DNA of 64,000 nucleotides from NCBI GenBank assembly GCA_051362555.1, contig CM120647.1, positions 11,942,651 to 12,006,650 on the forward strand, read 5' to 3'. Position numbers and translations under genes: made by a program. A model generated the notes under the pieces. The model had not been told where the DNA came from and searched no databases. It saw only the letters and a list, made by a program, of their open reading frames with translations. This DNA comes from Lingula anatina. Taxonomy: Eukaryota > Animalia > Brachiopoda. Positions 40,019 to 51,667 of this stretch are shown piece after piece; positions within the stretch are counted from its first letter, which is position 1; every line of letters begins with the position of its first letter.

Positions 40019-42469
40019 GCGCGCATGCACACACGCTCAAACATCTTGGTGTCACGAGCCATTTCATCAACAATAAATTCAGCAATCCTCCTAGGAAACT
40101 ATACGAAAACTCACCATTGTGCTTTGCTTCGAACGCTCGCCTTCAGACTAGACACTATATTAGTACCTCTGTATTATCAGCACTTAAGGCCGCGTTGCAA
40201 CCAGATGTTCATCCGCCAATTAATCCCTGGCGTATTGATATTCATTTATCTTCTCTCTGTAGCTTTGTCCTATTGATTAACAAGCCTGGGATTCAGTCAA
40301 CAGTTAATTCCAATTTATTTGGCGGATATTTGCGGTAGATGACTACGTTTGATAAAAACAGACGACAGGGATTTAAACGCAGGCGAACTAACGTAGAACA
40401 GCAGACGATCAGCGGGATCTCTCGTTTTTTTTTTTCAACATTGTATCCCTGCGCCTGTGTCGCAGTGCGATTTATGGTGATGTCACTCATATCTATGATT
40501 CGATTAATTATTAATACAGCAAGATAAAAGCTTAATCAACACTCATACTTAAATAAAGACCTTTGTTATTGTGTTTAGTTAATCAGCCATATTATTTTCC
40601 TCCCTTTCCTCTCTACCGCCATTTGTCTGGAAAATAATATTTAACTGCGCCTTACTTCTTTTAAATCTTCTTTTTTGATCTTGGAAACACAATTCTAATA
40701 TTCAGTGACACGTAACTTCTGACAACACACTATCCATTGGGGAAAATCGCATTTTTGCTCAAAACAAAAAAGCAAAGAATAGATGTAATCCTAGACCTTA
40801 ACTCGGCATAGGCCAAGAGAAGAAAATATACACAAAATTTTCAAAACTCGTTTTGATTTTACCGCGAGATAAACGATTATATATGATGATAATAAAACAC
40901 AAGCTGAGATATTTTCATACTGTTAGAATTTTAAAATTAAATAAAAATGATTTATATTTACATGTGTATTGTTCCATTTTCAGCTTGTATTTTATAATCA
41001 TCGTATATGATACAACTACCAAGCTAATGAACATATTTGCTCATTAATGAGGTAGGCAATTAATGATTATTTTGAGAAATGTGTCGACCCAAATTTTCCT
41101 GAATTTTTTTATACAGTTGCCTGATGCCCCTCTCTCCAACTTTACGATCCAGGCTTTCCTTCGTTTTCGTTCAACCTGAAACGGAGGTTGGATGGCGGAT
41201 AAAACCCTTCCCCTTCTCTCTATCCAGTAACATGGCCCCAACAATGACAATGACTTTTTAATAAGCATCTTACACATCACTCTCTATCTTACAACATTTC
41301 AAAAAACAAGCTTGTTTCAATTTTTTTATGATCATGGTCCTTTCCTTTGTTATGCGTCATAACATAAGGGGTTGCAAACGGTCTTTGACTTTACAAATGC
41401 GATAGGTGTGACATCGGTGACTGTGCGCAATAACTGCATTGTGTTGATCGAGCAAATATGAAAGTCATCAACAATGGCATATTCCCCCTGATGGCAATAG
41501 CTTGATAGAATTTGAGTTAGAATTTGTCCATTTGTGATAATTTTATTAAAGTGGCAATACCAGCCGTAATATTATAACTTTCCACAGTATTGTACTACCA
41601 AAATGTATTATTTATTGCAATTTTGATCATGCAGTCAGTCTTTTTTTCGTTCTCAATTTCGTGAAATCCGTTCAGGAAAAAATATGGTTACAAATCCATG
41701 ATAACCAAGGATAACTTTTCAGTTGCAAAACTTCAATGGGGAAATTATGATATGAAAGGCTATAATGTGGTTTTATTTATTTATTTTATTTATGTATGTC
41801 AATGCTCAACTACGCCTTCTTATACACGTAACCCTCTAATTCAAACCAAGTGAAAAAAGAGATTTTATCATTTCTTTAAAGTTAAACTAAAAATTAAAAT
41901 ATAAATTCAAAACAATCTGGTAAAATACAAGAAACCGATGCATTAGATATTGCTGTTATAAAAGCGGTACCTATATAACAGGAATGGAAGTCCTAGGAAC
42001 GGAGGTACCGGCTCCCATATTATAAGTACAGGTTACGGATTAGTTTTTTGGGGGTAAGGATACGGGAAAAATACCACCTGTGCAAAGCAATGGGAAGCGG
42101 ACAACGATTACTAGTGGACTTCCATTTTTCACACCGGTAAGTAAATTAACGGACATTCATCATGTGCATCCTCGGACAGGAAATGATCGTCATTAGATGC
42201 TCCTCAGAATGTCCTGTAGAGAAGGGATCTGCATAGATCTACTTAAGAACAAAAGCAGTTCACACACAACTTGTTCACTAATCTCCAAGTCTCGCGTGAA
42301 ACGACGTGAGTAAGGAATGACGCATGCGCAATTCATGGGAAAGTTCGTGCACGGTACGCGAAGATGTTCTATTTCTTATTGATCTAAACGTCCTTACTTC
42401 AAATAAAGTTCAACAACAAAAGGATATCAGAGGTTTGTTTTTGAGAGTCACTGTTGTAGAATTCCTACT

Positions 42470-44318
42470 TTAGTTTTCGTCGCGGTACCTGTGCACTACA
42501 GCATCGCGTGACGTCATGGACGGGTCTTCGTCAAAGAAATTTAGAGGTGCAAGAATGACCGACAATTGTTTGCCAGGAGTGGTTGTCACCGGGACGTCTT
42601 CCGCGACCGGGATATGATGAAGTCCGATGCAGGCCCAGACCACCAAATCTTCATTCACAATTGCTTGGTTATCTTCGTAAAAATTGGAAAACTTTCTGAC
42701 AGGTCGATAGGGGTCGCCCTGGGTCCACAAGGTGGCAGACGTGTCCTCGTCATCTTTGTAGCGCGTGACCACGAGCTGATGGCGTGCCCAAGACACGCCG
42801 TTTTCGAAGTACCACCCATCTGGGAAGAGCTTCTTGGAGAAGTTGGGCGAGTAAATGCGATAGCCACGCGGATAGCCATTCGAGTTGTTTGTTCTCTCAT
42901 TGTACATCACGTAATACTTGGGTTCGTTAAAATTGTAATCAATCAGAGCTTCCCTCTCTGTTCTTCTTAAATTCCTTTCCATATATCTCTGCTTCATTGC
43001 CACATTTCGCCCGCGGATCAGTTCGTTCCGTTGGGTCTCATCAAGCTTCAAATCCCACGTCTCAAATAAATTTCGTTGGCCACCGATATCGAAGTCGATT
43101 TTAAAGTTGAACAAATGGTGGTGAAGGTTCCCCGTGATGCCGAAATCCCTGTCAATGTAGAAGCCGTACTTGGAATCGTCCCGAGTTGTGAACGCTTGAA
43201 TGTAGCCAGTAGAAGAGACTTTGGTTTCTATGACGCCATTCGGATGGAAAACGTAGTCAAAAACGTAGTCATAGTTCCACACAGTGGCGATGCCGCGTAA
43301 AACCAACACAGTACCAGCCATGCTGAAGCGGTAGTAGTAAGGGTCCTCGAGGTCCGGCTGGAGAGGGAAGAAGTTCATGGAGTGATGCCGACGGACTGGC
43401 AATGCCGTGTTGTGCTCAAAGAGACACAGGGCGTCCGCGTGGGTTTTGGCGTCTCCGGAAACACTGTCAAAGAAGGTGTTGTTAAAGTACACGGCGTTAT
43501 CAGGGCAGTCGTAGCCTTTCACTACAGGGAAATGGAGCGCGCCAAGGGAGAAGCCAGCGTCAACGTATTGGATTAAGATCCCTTCGGGAGCGTCGCCGGA
43601 GTACAAAACGGCCACGTCAGACATGCTGACCTCATACGCAATCCGCTCTCCTCTGAAGCGAACGTCCATCAGTTGTAGCCCATTCACGGTGCGCAGCCGG
43701 AAGTTGAACTCCCAATCCATGTACTTTACATGCTGTCCGTCGACTTGGAAACGTCTGCCGTCCGGCTCAACCTGCATTGGGGGTCTTTTAGGGCTTCCCT
43801 GGGGTTCTTTCTTGTCACGTGCTTCCGGTGACCCGTGAGTGGCGCCTCCTGGAGGAAAAGGGTATTTACGGATTTCCCGCTGACGTGTCGTTATATAGAT
43901 ATCGAGCAATTCCTCGGCTGTGCGGTAAGAGATTCCTTCATAGTATACTGAGTCCAGAACGAACTGGTTGGGATCGTTTGTGCCACAGGTTACGAGCATG
44001 CGCAGACTCGTCGGCCAGACGTAATACCCGTCAACATTATTGCGGAAGAACCAAATAATAGCCTTCCTATCCCCAGACTCGATACCCCTCGGGATGTAAG
44101 CGATCCTCAAGCATTTGTCTCCGCAATCGTCGCCGAACCAATATCCGTAACTTTGCTCAAGCAGAGGGCGCAGTTTTCCCAAGATAGGCCGAACAAATTT
44201 CTCCAGTGCTGTCATTTCTACAGGGTCCATTGGACGGCTATTCCACGGGATTTGCTTGGTCTGAGCCGAGTTGTTTAACAAGGCAAACCTGAAATAAAAA
44301 CCACGTTAAAGAAACGTA

Positions 44319-44373
<55 letters not shown>

Positions 44374-45053
44374 GTAATAATGACTTCTAATTTTAGCTAA
44401 AGAATCAAGTTCATTAAAATATTCAGTAGGCTTAACATAAAAGGAACAAACGTTCAATTTTTAATCATCTATTAATCTATTATAATGTTTGAAATTACTG
44501 AACTGTTTTCTTTTCTTCTTTACACAATTTTTATACAAAAATTCCCATATAAAAGTCAATACCATGATTCCATGAGTACTACATCTTACATGTTAACGTT
44601 CGGTATCGGCCACACCACATACTCCTCTACTGTAGGGGGCGTACTGGCTCCTTTGAACACCGTCACACGTGCACGACGATCCGGTGCCTGGCGATCGCCG
44701 CTCAGGTGACTGAGGACGTCATATTTGGGCGGGAGAAGTGGGTCAATCAAGAAAATATAATTGCTTGATAGAGTTGCCTCAGAGATTGGCACTAGATTGA
44801 GGCTGGCTTGGTTGTGCATGAAGTTTTTGATTTCTCTTATTTCAGCCTCGCTGAAGGTGTCGAAAACGGAAGGCGTGCTCGGAGTAACTCGCCAGTCATT
44901 TTTCCCGTTTGAATAGAGCCCTTGAGCGGCCATCTTGTCTTTGAGCTCAGACCGATCTACACCGATCACGATGAGGCCGATGATTAATGCAACGCATAGA
45001 ACACTGAGCAGAACAACGGCAACAAGCAGTCCACGACTTCCACTGGACGTCAT
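42470..45053 (-). CDS. Membrane-anchored copper-containing amine oxidase (AOC1/AOC3 family), 760 aa
   Basis: Two coding exons 44590-45053 and 42470-44288 joined in phase 2 (AT|G). N-terminal signal anchor GLLVAVVLLSVLCVALIIGLIVIGV; catalytic base YVDAGFSLG; TPQ motif TVWNYDY; Cu ligands NLHHHLF and GLHHIP; C-terminal NFFDEDPS. 5' UTR acceptor AG at 45101-45102. Confidence 0.95.
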
Positions 45054-45904
45054 TTTTGTTCAGGAGACTGTTACCAAAAACTTGCAGTTTACTGTCCTTT
45101 CTGAAAAAAAAAAGATGAAATAAGCCTACTTATTTCAACATTTGAAAAACATACCGATAAATCAGATGATATGTGATCAGCTTTATTGTCTGGCACGACC
45201 CCTAACAAAGCAACATCAATGGACCACGAAAATGTCCCGACTTTACCCAAGTACTTTAAGTTACCAGGCAATTAAGCTGCTTACATTGACTTGTTAGTAA
45301 GATAACTTCTATTCAAAACGCAGCCATAAACTGTTCGCCCAGGCCACGTTTGGATGGTTCTGTTTAAAATAATCCAAGGCTTTTGAATCGTGCGTCTGTG
45401 GCAAAGGCCTATTGTTTTTGCTGACAAACGTTAACAACGTTTCTTCTTTGATTTAAAGCCCTTTAAGTAAGAATTAATACATACTGTAAGTAAAATACCT
45501 TCTAGCACTCGAACCTGGTGTTAAAATGAATGGGAGATTATATCTTGGCTTTTACTGCGGCTACTCTGAATTACTATCCTCTGTCAAGTCAGATTCCTGT
45601 TGTGAACGAACGCTGCGCTATTAATCTCCAGGCTTCCCTACTGATAATCTAAACTAATTAAAGTGACAAAAGCCATGACTGTCGATAAAAGGAATTCCTA
45701 AAAACGAAAAAGGTCTACTTGTTTGTTCCTCTTATGATCCCACTGCAAATCTACATAGCAACCTCTCAGTGCAGCAAGCGTGGTGATATAACATGGAGAT
45801 CTTTCCCCTGGTCTGAAGTTATGTACACATTTATGAATTCAGTGTGAGGGAAATGGTGAGATGGATGTGGTACCCTGAGTATCTAGGCTCTGAAAGTGGC
45901 TAAC

Positions 45905-46090
45905 TAGGCCCGTAGCCGGAGGGGGGGGGGGGGGGGGGGGTTCGGGGGGTTCGAAAGAACCGCCCCTTTTGCTGGGAAAAAGGTCCACTCTGGGTAGAAT
46001 TTGATCTAGGTATATGAAGTTTTTTTATGGAAAAAGGTCCACTCTTTCAGAAAAAGAACCCCCTTTTTGAAATTGCTGACTACGGGCCTG
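45905..46090. mobile_element. MITE family 3 (AGGCCCGTAG TIR, poly-G)
   Basis: TAGGCCCGTAGCC...GACTACGGGCCTG flanked by CTAAC on both sides; reverse-oriented copy at 49202-49388; decayed copy about 23450-23597. Confidence 0.75.
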
Positions 46091-46129
46091 CTAACCCTAG
46101 CCCACCTGTTGCCTTGCAATCACAACCAT

Positions 46130-46289
46130 AGTTGATCCGAGGACTAACTGGAAAGCTTACAGCATGACCCCCGCGGGGAATCTATTAAGTGTCTATTAGG
46201 GAATTACGCGGCGAGCTTTCAAGTGGGTAGGTCATATTGGATCCGCGGATCTGTTAGTCCGCGGAACAACTTTGTTGTGAATACGCCTC
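46130..46289. mobile_element. MITE family 1 copy
   Basis: AGTTGATCCGAGGACTAAC...GTTAGTCCGCGGAACAACT arms; similarity to 34152-34337 and 312-451. Confidence 0.6.
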
Positions 46290-48013
46290 AAGACTCAACC
46301 TCAAGATGAATTGTCATAAGACGCTGAAACACGGCGTATCCTGCCACCGTCAGTTCTCTTTGGGTTTAACAGCAATAAATCCCCAGATACCCATCCTGCA
46401 TTTCATAACACACCGGGATTTCTGACACGGACATCTATAAACGACGGACATTTGGAAACCTTGCATGCATGGTGAATATATGGAAGCAATTGCAACCAGT
46501 AGGTCCTCGGTCTTACTAATCCACTCAACAAATGCCACGCGACCCACTTGAAAACGTGCCAAGATTAAATTTCTCTGTCCCTGCTGGGACGTTGCGCGTG
46601 AGAGGCAAGGGATCCATTAAACTATTGTTAGGGGATCACGCAGCTTGCTTTTAAGTTCGCGCCATATTTGATCCGCAGACTAGTTAGACCGGAGATCAAG
46701 TGCTTTTGAATGCTCCCTGATATGGATTCGGCTCTCTTGCAGCCTTACTAGGTCATACAAGCTGTAATTGATATGGGCATTAATTGCCTTTGCAGGATTA
46801 AGGTTTATTTAAGAAGGCATTAAAATACCCTGCCTTGAATTTTTCAGATCTTTCAATACATACTCCGAATGTTTGCATGCATCGTATCCTTCGGTGTATG
46901 ATATTAGTATTACGTTTTCTGCTTTAATGTCTTAGTTTTCGTTTTAATCTGCTGTTTACTGGTACATCTGCAATGTAACGTCTGATCGAAAAGTTAACTT
47001 GACATCAATAAAGCGTTCTTTTTTTACGGAGCGAGTTTGTATTGCTTCTAAATAATGTGTAATTCAAGATTTATGGGACGAACCGAGACTTCTCATGTGA
47101 CCTCCAACTACAAACATCTGGTATTGATATTTCCTTTGTCTCTAGGTTTCATGCAAAAAAGATTTTATTTGTGGGACGGGAGTGAGAGAACTAGGGTCTA
47201 CGTGTAACATACGTGCCTATTTTCTGCAGAATCATCGCAACAACTTCTGGTAGAAGTACCGGCAAAACAATCCCCCTCAAATCCAGCGGTTTATATACCT
47301 GCTACAGTCTCTACTGGTATTGACTGCTGGTCAGTTTACTTTAAGAGATTGACAACTTGCTACCCTTGCTATTGATTTTGCTGTTCTAAGTCCTTAGTAT
47401 AAAATATTTAAGCAGTTAGCAGAAAGCCACCATGAGTTTCAGAAATTATGAAAGATGAAAAATGAAAGATGATGTAAGAACAAAAATCTTAGCAGCGATC
47501 TGTATCCGCAGAGGAATATGTTTCCGTTGCTCCCGCTACCTCTTGCTGCAGAGAACGGGGCCAGGGTCTCTCACTTGGTATCCGATTACCATTTCAAAGA
47601 TCGACCAAAACTGAGAAAAACGTTACCTTCAAATAATTGTTTCTGTTTCATCCCTTTTTAGTAATTTTACTTTCAAAATAGAAACAAGAAAAGAAACAAT
47701 CCCAGATGACTACTGAAAAGATGGGAATCTGCAGAACTCTGTCCTGGTTATAAATATGTCTCCTTGTAGATTTAGCTTAATTACGTTGCAGGTCCCAGGC
47801 ACATTGCTTTTTCTTTAATGAACACATAACACTCGAAGTGTTGTGGGTAATGCACATTGACAAGAACCCTGTGAACGTACCGTGAAATCCAGAGGTCAGT
47901 CAATGATCTCAAATCCTGGAACCAGATCTAAATGCTGCCGTTGGTGAGACGTCTGCCCCAAAATCTCTGCTGTGACTGAGAGACGAGGCTAGAGCCCTGA
48001 ACAAGGTCATGTC

Positions 48014-48265
48014 TAGGGGTACGTTCACAATAAAACAATCGTACTAGGTGATTCGACCTAACTCTGCTGGGACTTGTGCTGAATGCAGTTAGTTAACACG
48101 CCGTCTCCCTGTGTTGAGTAGTAAAAAATTAAAGAAGTAGTACATGATTATATGAGAACATTGGATATAAGAGTTGGCGTGTTAATTCGCTAAAATGATT
48201 GCATTCAGCGCAAAGTTGGATTGATCTACCGAGTGCAATAGATTATTCATTGTGAACGTCCCCTA
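48014..48265. mobile_element. Fold-back MITE
   Basis: TAGGGGTACGTTCACAAT ... ATTGTGAACGTCCCCTA ends; inner arms GCTGAATGCA/TGCATTCAGC and TTAACACGCC/GGCGTGTTAA. Confidence 0.65.
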
Positions 48266-48617
48266 AAATTTTCAACACCTCCCGTTAAGGCTCAGAGTGC
48301 GTCTGGCACGGGCAGGTCCTGAGCGGTGTAAGACTGTTTGGGAATGTGTATGTCAAGCTGTTTACGTAATATCAAGGTCACAACTTCCCGCACCCGTGTG
48401 TTGGCCTCGCTCATTACAGTGTTGACAAAACTCCTTAAAAAAAAAAAAAAAAAAAAAAAAAAACAGAAAGTGGACTGATGCGATCACCCACCTCATAGTC
48501 AGCGTCGGATAGACAGGATAATAATAATAATAATAATAATATTTATAATAATAATAATAATGTATTTATCTATAAGTAGGCGGTCTTGGTAAAGTAAATT
48601 TAAATTAACTGTATAAT

Positions 48618-48747
48618 TACCTTCCACCAGAGCCGCAGTTTTTATTATGTGTTTTTTTTTTTCAGTGCAAGGAATAGCCGTGAATTTTACCAAAGACCAA
48701 TCTGTGAATATCCTGTGAAACTTTATCTGTGGCTCTGGTAGAGGGTA
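48618..48747. mobile_element. MITE family 4 copy
   Basis: TACCTTCCACCAGAGCCGCAG ... CTGTGGCTCTGGTAGAGGGTA inverted ends. Confidence 0.6.
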
Positions 48748-49201
48748 CTTCAGTATAATCATGATTATTTTTTCACAAATTAACACACGCAAGACTCCGA
48801 ACTCGGCCGTGCGAGTCTTGTGCACAATCTTTACGAAGACAAAGACTACAGTTATTTTCAAAATCTGTTTTCAAATAATCAACCCCATTTTCATTTGCAG
48901 TTAAGAAGTACAGAAGAAGCTGAAGCACAGAATGTGAAATCTAAGAATATACAACTGATGATGCAAGGGGCTAACATCAGATTAGTTAGCTTTAAAGACG
49001 GCTCTTCATAAATAAGCTTGTAGTTAAGTGGTTTACTATCAAACAAATATCATTTGATAACAAAAATGAATAGTGTTCTCACTTCGCTTTCAATTCAGCA
49101 ACTTGGTAAATACTCCAGCATTTGAGAAACTCTCTAAGGTCGTCATGGCTCTAGAGAGATATTCAAATCAGAAGTCCGTGTTCGTTTCTCAAATAGAATA
49201 C

Positions 49202-49388
49202 CAGGCCCGTAGCCAGCAATTTCAAAAGGGGGGTTCTTTTTCTACAAAAAGTGGACCTTTTACCATGAAACCTCGGTGTATGTAGATAAAATTTTACCCA
49301 GAAGGGACATTTTCCTGGCAAAAAGGGTGGTTCTTTCGAACCCCCCGAACACCCCCCCCCCCCCCCCCCCCGGCGGCTAGTTGGGCCC
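49202..49388. mobile_element. MITE family 3, opposite orientation
   Basis: CAGGCCCGTAGCCAGCAATTTCAAAAGGGGGTTCTTTT...TTCTTTCGAACCCCCCGAAC-polyC is the near reverse complement of 45905-46090. Confidence 0.75.
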
Positions 49389-50072
49389 CGGGGTAAGTTG
49401 ACCCCCAATCAATTTATGACAAAGTAACTATGGGGAAAATAATTGATCACATCATTTTGTAAAGTGACCGTATCTATCAGTGCTTAGAATCCTCCATCTT
49501 TCCACTTCCTTCTGATACTTATAAGAATAAAGTGATTTTCTTCAATTAACAGCTGATATTGAAATTAATAACTTCCAATGTTTCCATGTCTGTCTACAGC
49601 ATCTTCATCAAGGAATGACATTCTTCTCTATTGTTACTTTCTTTTATTATAGCGACATACATAAATCATACTATTGCATGGGGCTAGCTGCTTCTGAATC
49701 ACACATGCGGGATAAGCTCAAAATAACGCCTCACAAGAACATCCACATACCTTGTAGAAATCAGTCTTGATTTCTTCACACATAGAAAGACCGTCTTAAA
49801 GGTTCATGATACCAATCCAGACTCCAGTTATCCTTTGCCGCATAATTTTGTATCGGATGTTGGTTTGAAGTGAGCCATGACCAGCTATACATTACAGGAA
49901 CTGTAGTTGGCCTGGATTCTGAGGAACAGAAGTTAGTTTTCTAATTACTGTAAAATTCGGCCAATATAACGACCCTGATATTTCACTGTCAATTTTTCAC
50001 TTATCTTCTTATTTAATTGTATTTTTGTTTCAATGTTAGAGTTTCAATTCCTACGTGAATATACGTACATCA

Positions 50073-50106
<34 letters not shown>

Positions 50107-51209
50107 AAAAAAGAAAGGCAGTTACTTATGGGTTTTCAATAATAAACATCTTAAATATTAAATGTATGGTTTGAATGTTGAAGAAAAAGTTAAAGGAATA
50201 AAAAAATCGGTACGCGATTTGTCTATATCAACTGCATTAACGGCTGATTTACTGATTTATCTGATGACAGTAATTTTCTAATAATTGATGACACTCTATT
50301 TCTTGAAACTCTATCAATGGAAATTAGAGGAATGAAAATAGTTCACGCCTCCTTTCGAAAAGAGTAAAATTTAAAAAAAAAATTGGAAGAAGAAATAAAT
50401 GAAATGGAATCAAAACTTTTTTCACTTTGACACTAGGCAGTACCAACTAAAATAATTGCGGTTTTAAAAATCAAATAAAAACCCTTTCAAAATAAAAAAA
50501 AAATCATATAACATATTTTTTAAAGCCCGCCTTAGGATCTATCACAATCTATCTCGCAACCATGATCTTTGATTGTTTGGAAGCTGTCTTCTCTAACGCA
50601 ATCTACAGTAAACCATAGTTGCAGTGTTGGCCCCTCCTATGGGGTATGCTTAATTAGATTGTGTATGAGACAAGCCATATATAATGGTATGGAATGTGTT
50701 CAGCTTTATTGACATGAAGAGTGCACATAATGTAATGGTGAGATGGTGAGTTGACGAATGTCACATGTCCAGAAAATGTGATTTTTCCAATTCACGTTGC
50801 CTGACTATGCACATATTACGCACCCCCCCCTCCCACACACACACACACACACACAATTTCTACACACTAATACAGGGATAAAATATATGCTGGTTCATAT
50901 GAAATAATCTGTGATACATGTAAATATTTAGCTTTTGCAGAAAAATAGCACAATAATTGGATTATACCTTTCGTTCAAAATCATTACATGCCAAATTTAT
51001 ATCTAAGGGGCGTCCTGTCTTATTGTGTGAGACAAAATATGTAAATGTCTCAGGCTATATGTCTCAGGCTAACTGGGAATTTGGCAAAAATCAATGTTAT
51101 CCGTATTATCAGTCTTTCATAGTTCGGTCTGTCTTTGTTTGCCGGGTGTTTTTTTTATATCGATTACCTTTAGTAAGACAAAAGGTAACACTATGTAATG
51201 AACGAACAT

Positions 51210-51403
51210 GAAATCGAAATAATTATCAACTGCACTGGTAGTCAACAACAAAAGCAGGGACCGTTTTTATTAGCAAGGCAAAAGCGACGGGAAATTCATA
51301 AACGCTCTGACTTGAAGTGGACCAAGATCACGAATACACTGCTTTAGCCCTTGACTTACCGCAAAAATACTTAGTCGACGAGAAAGTAGATAGGCCAACT
51401 GGT
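51210..51403 (+). promoter_or_regulatory. Putative promoter and non-coding first exon of paralog A with IRF-like and NF-kB-like sites
   Basis: GAAATCGAAA 51210-51219, GGGAAATTCA 51289-51298, TATA-like CATAAAA 51297-51303, donor CTG|GTATGT at 51402. The 17-mer ACTGGTATGTGAACATT around this donor recurs upstream of paralog B (donor 62421). Confidence 0.45.
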
Positions 51404-51438
51404 ATGTGAACATTGAGCATTTCTACATGTACATTGAT

Positions 51439-51505
<67 letters not shown>

Positions 51506-51667
51506 AGGGAGAGAGCATTTTACCAAATGTACAGTAGTACGACATACAGTATATAAATGTTTTAACATTGATACTTAAAAATAAAATTTTTCTTTACATT
51601 AAATATGAAAGCAGAAATGCCTTTTAATCATCTCCCGTTTACAGATCCTAATATCATCCAGCGAGAA

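Noticed and set aside
42566-44058. Plus-strand and alternative-frame ORFs over the amine oxidase exon
   Set aside because: Shadow ORFs of a GC-richer coding exon.
51605-51667. ORF-track start MKAEMPF for paralog A
   Set aside because: Begins upstream of a good acceptor (TTTACAG, 51643); ATG 51668 gives a proper signal peptide.
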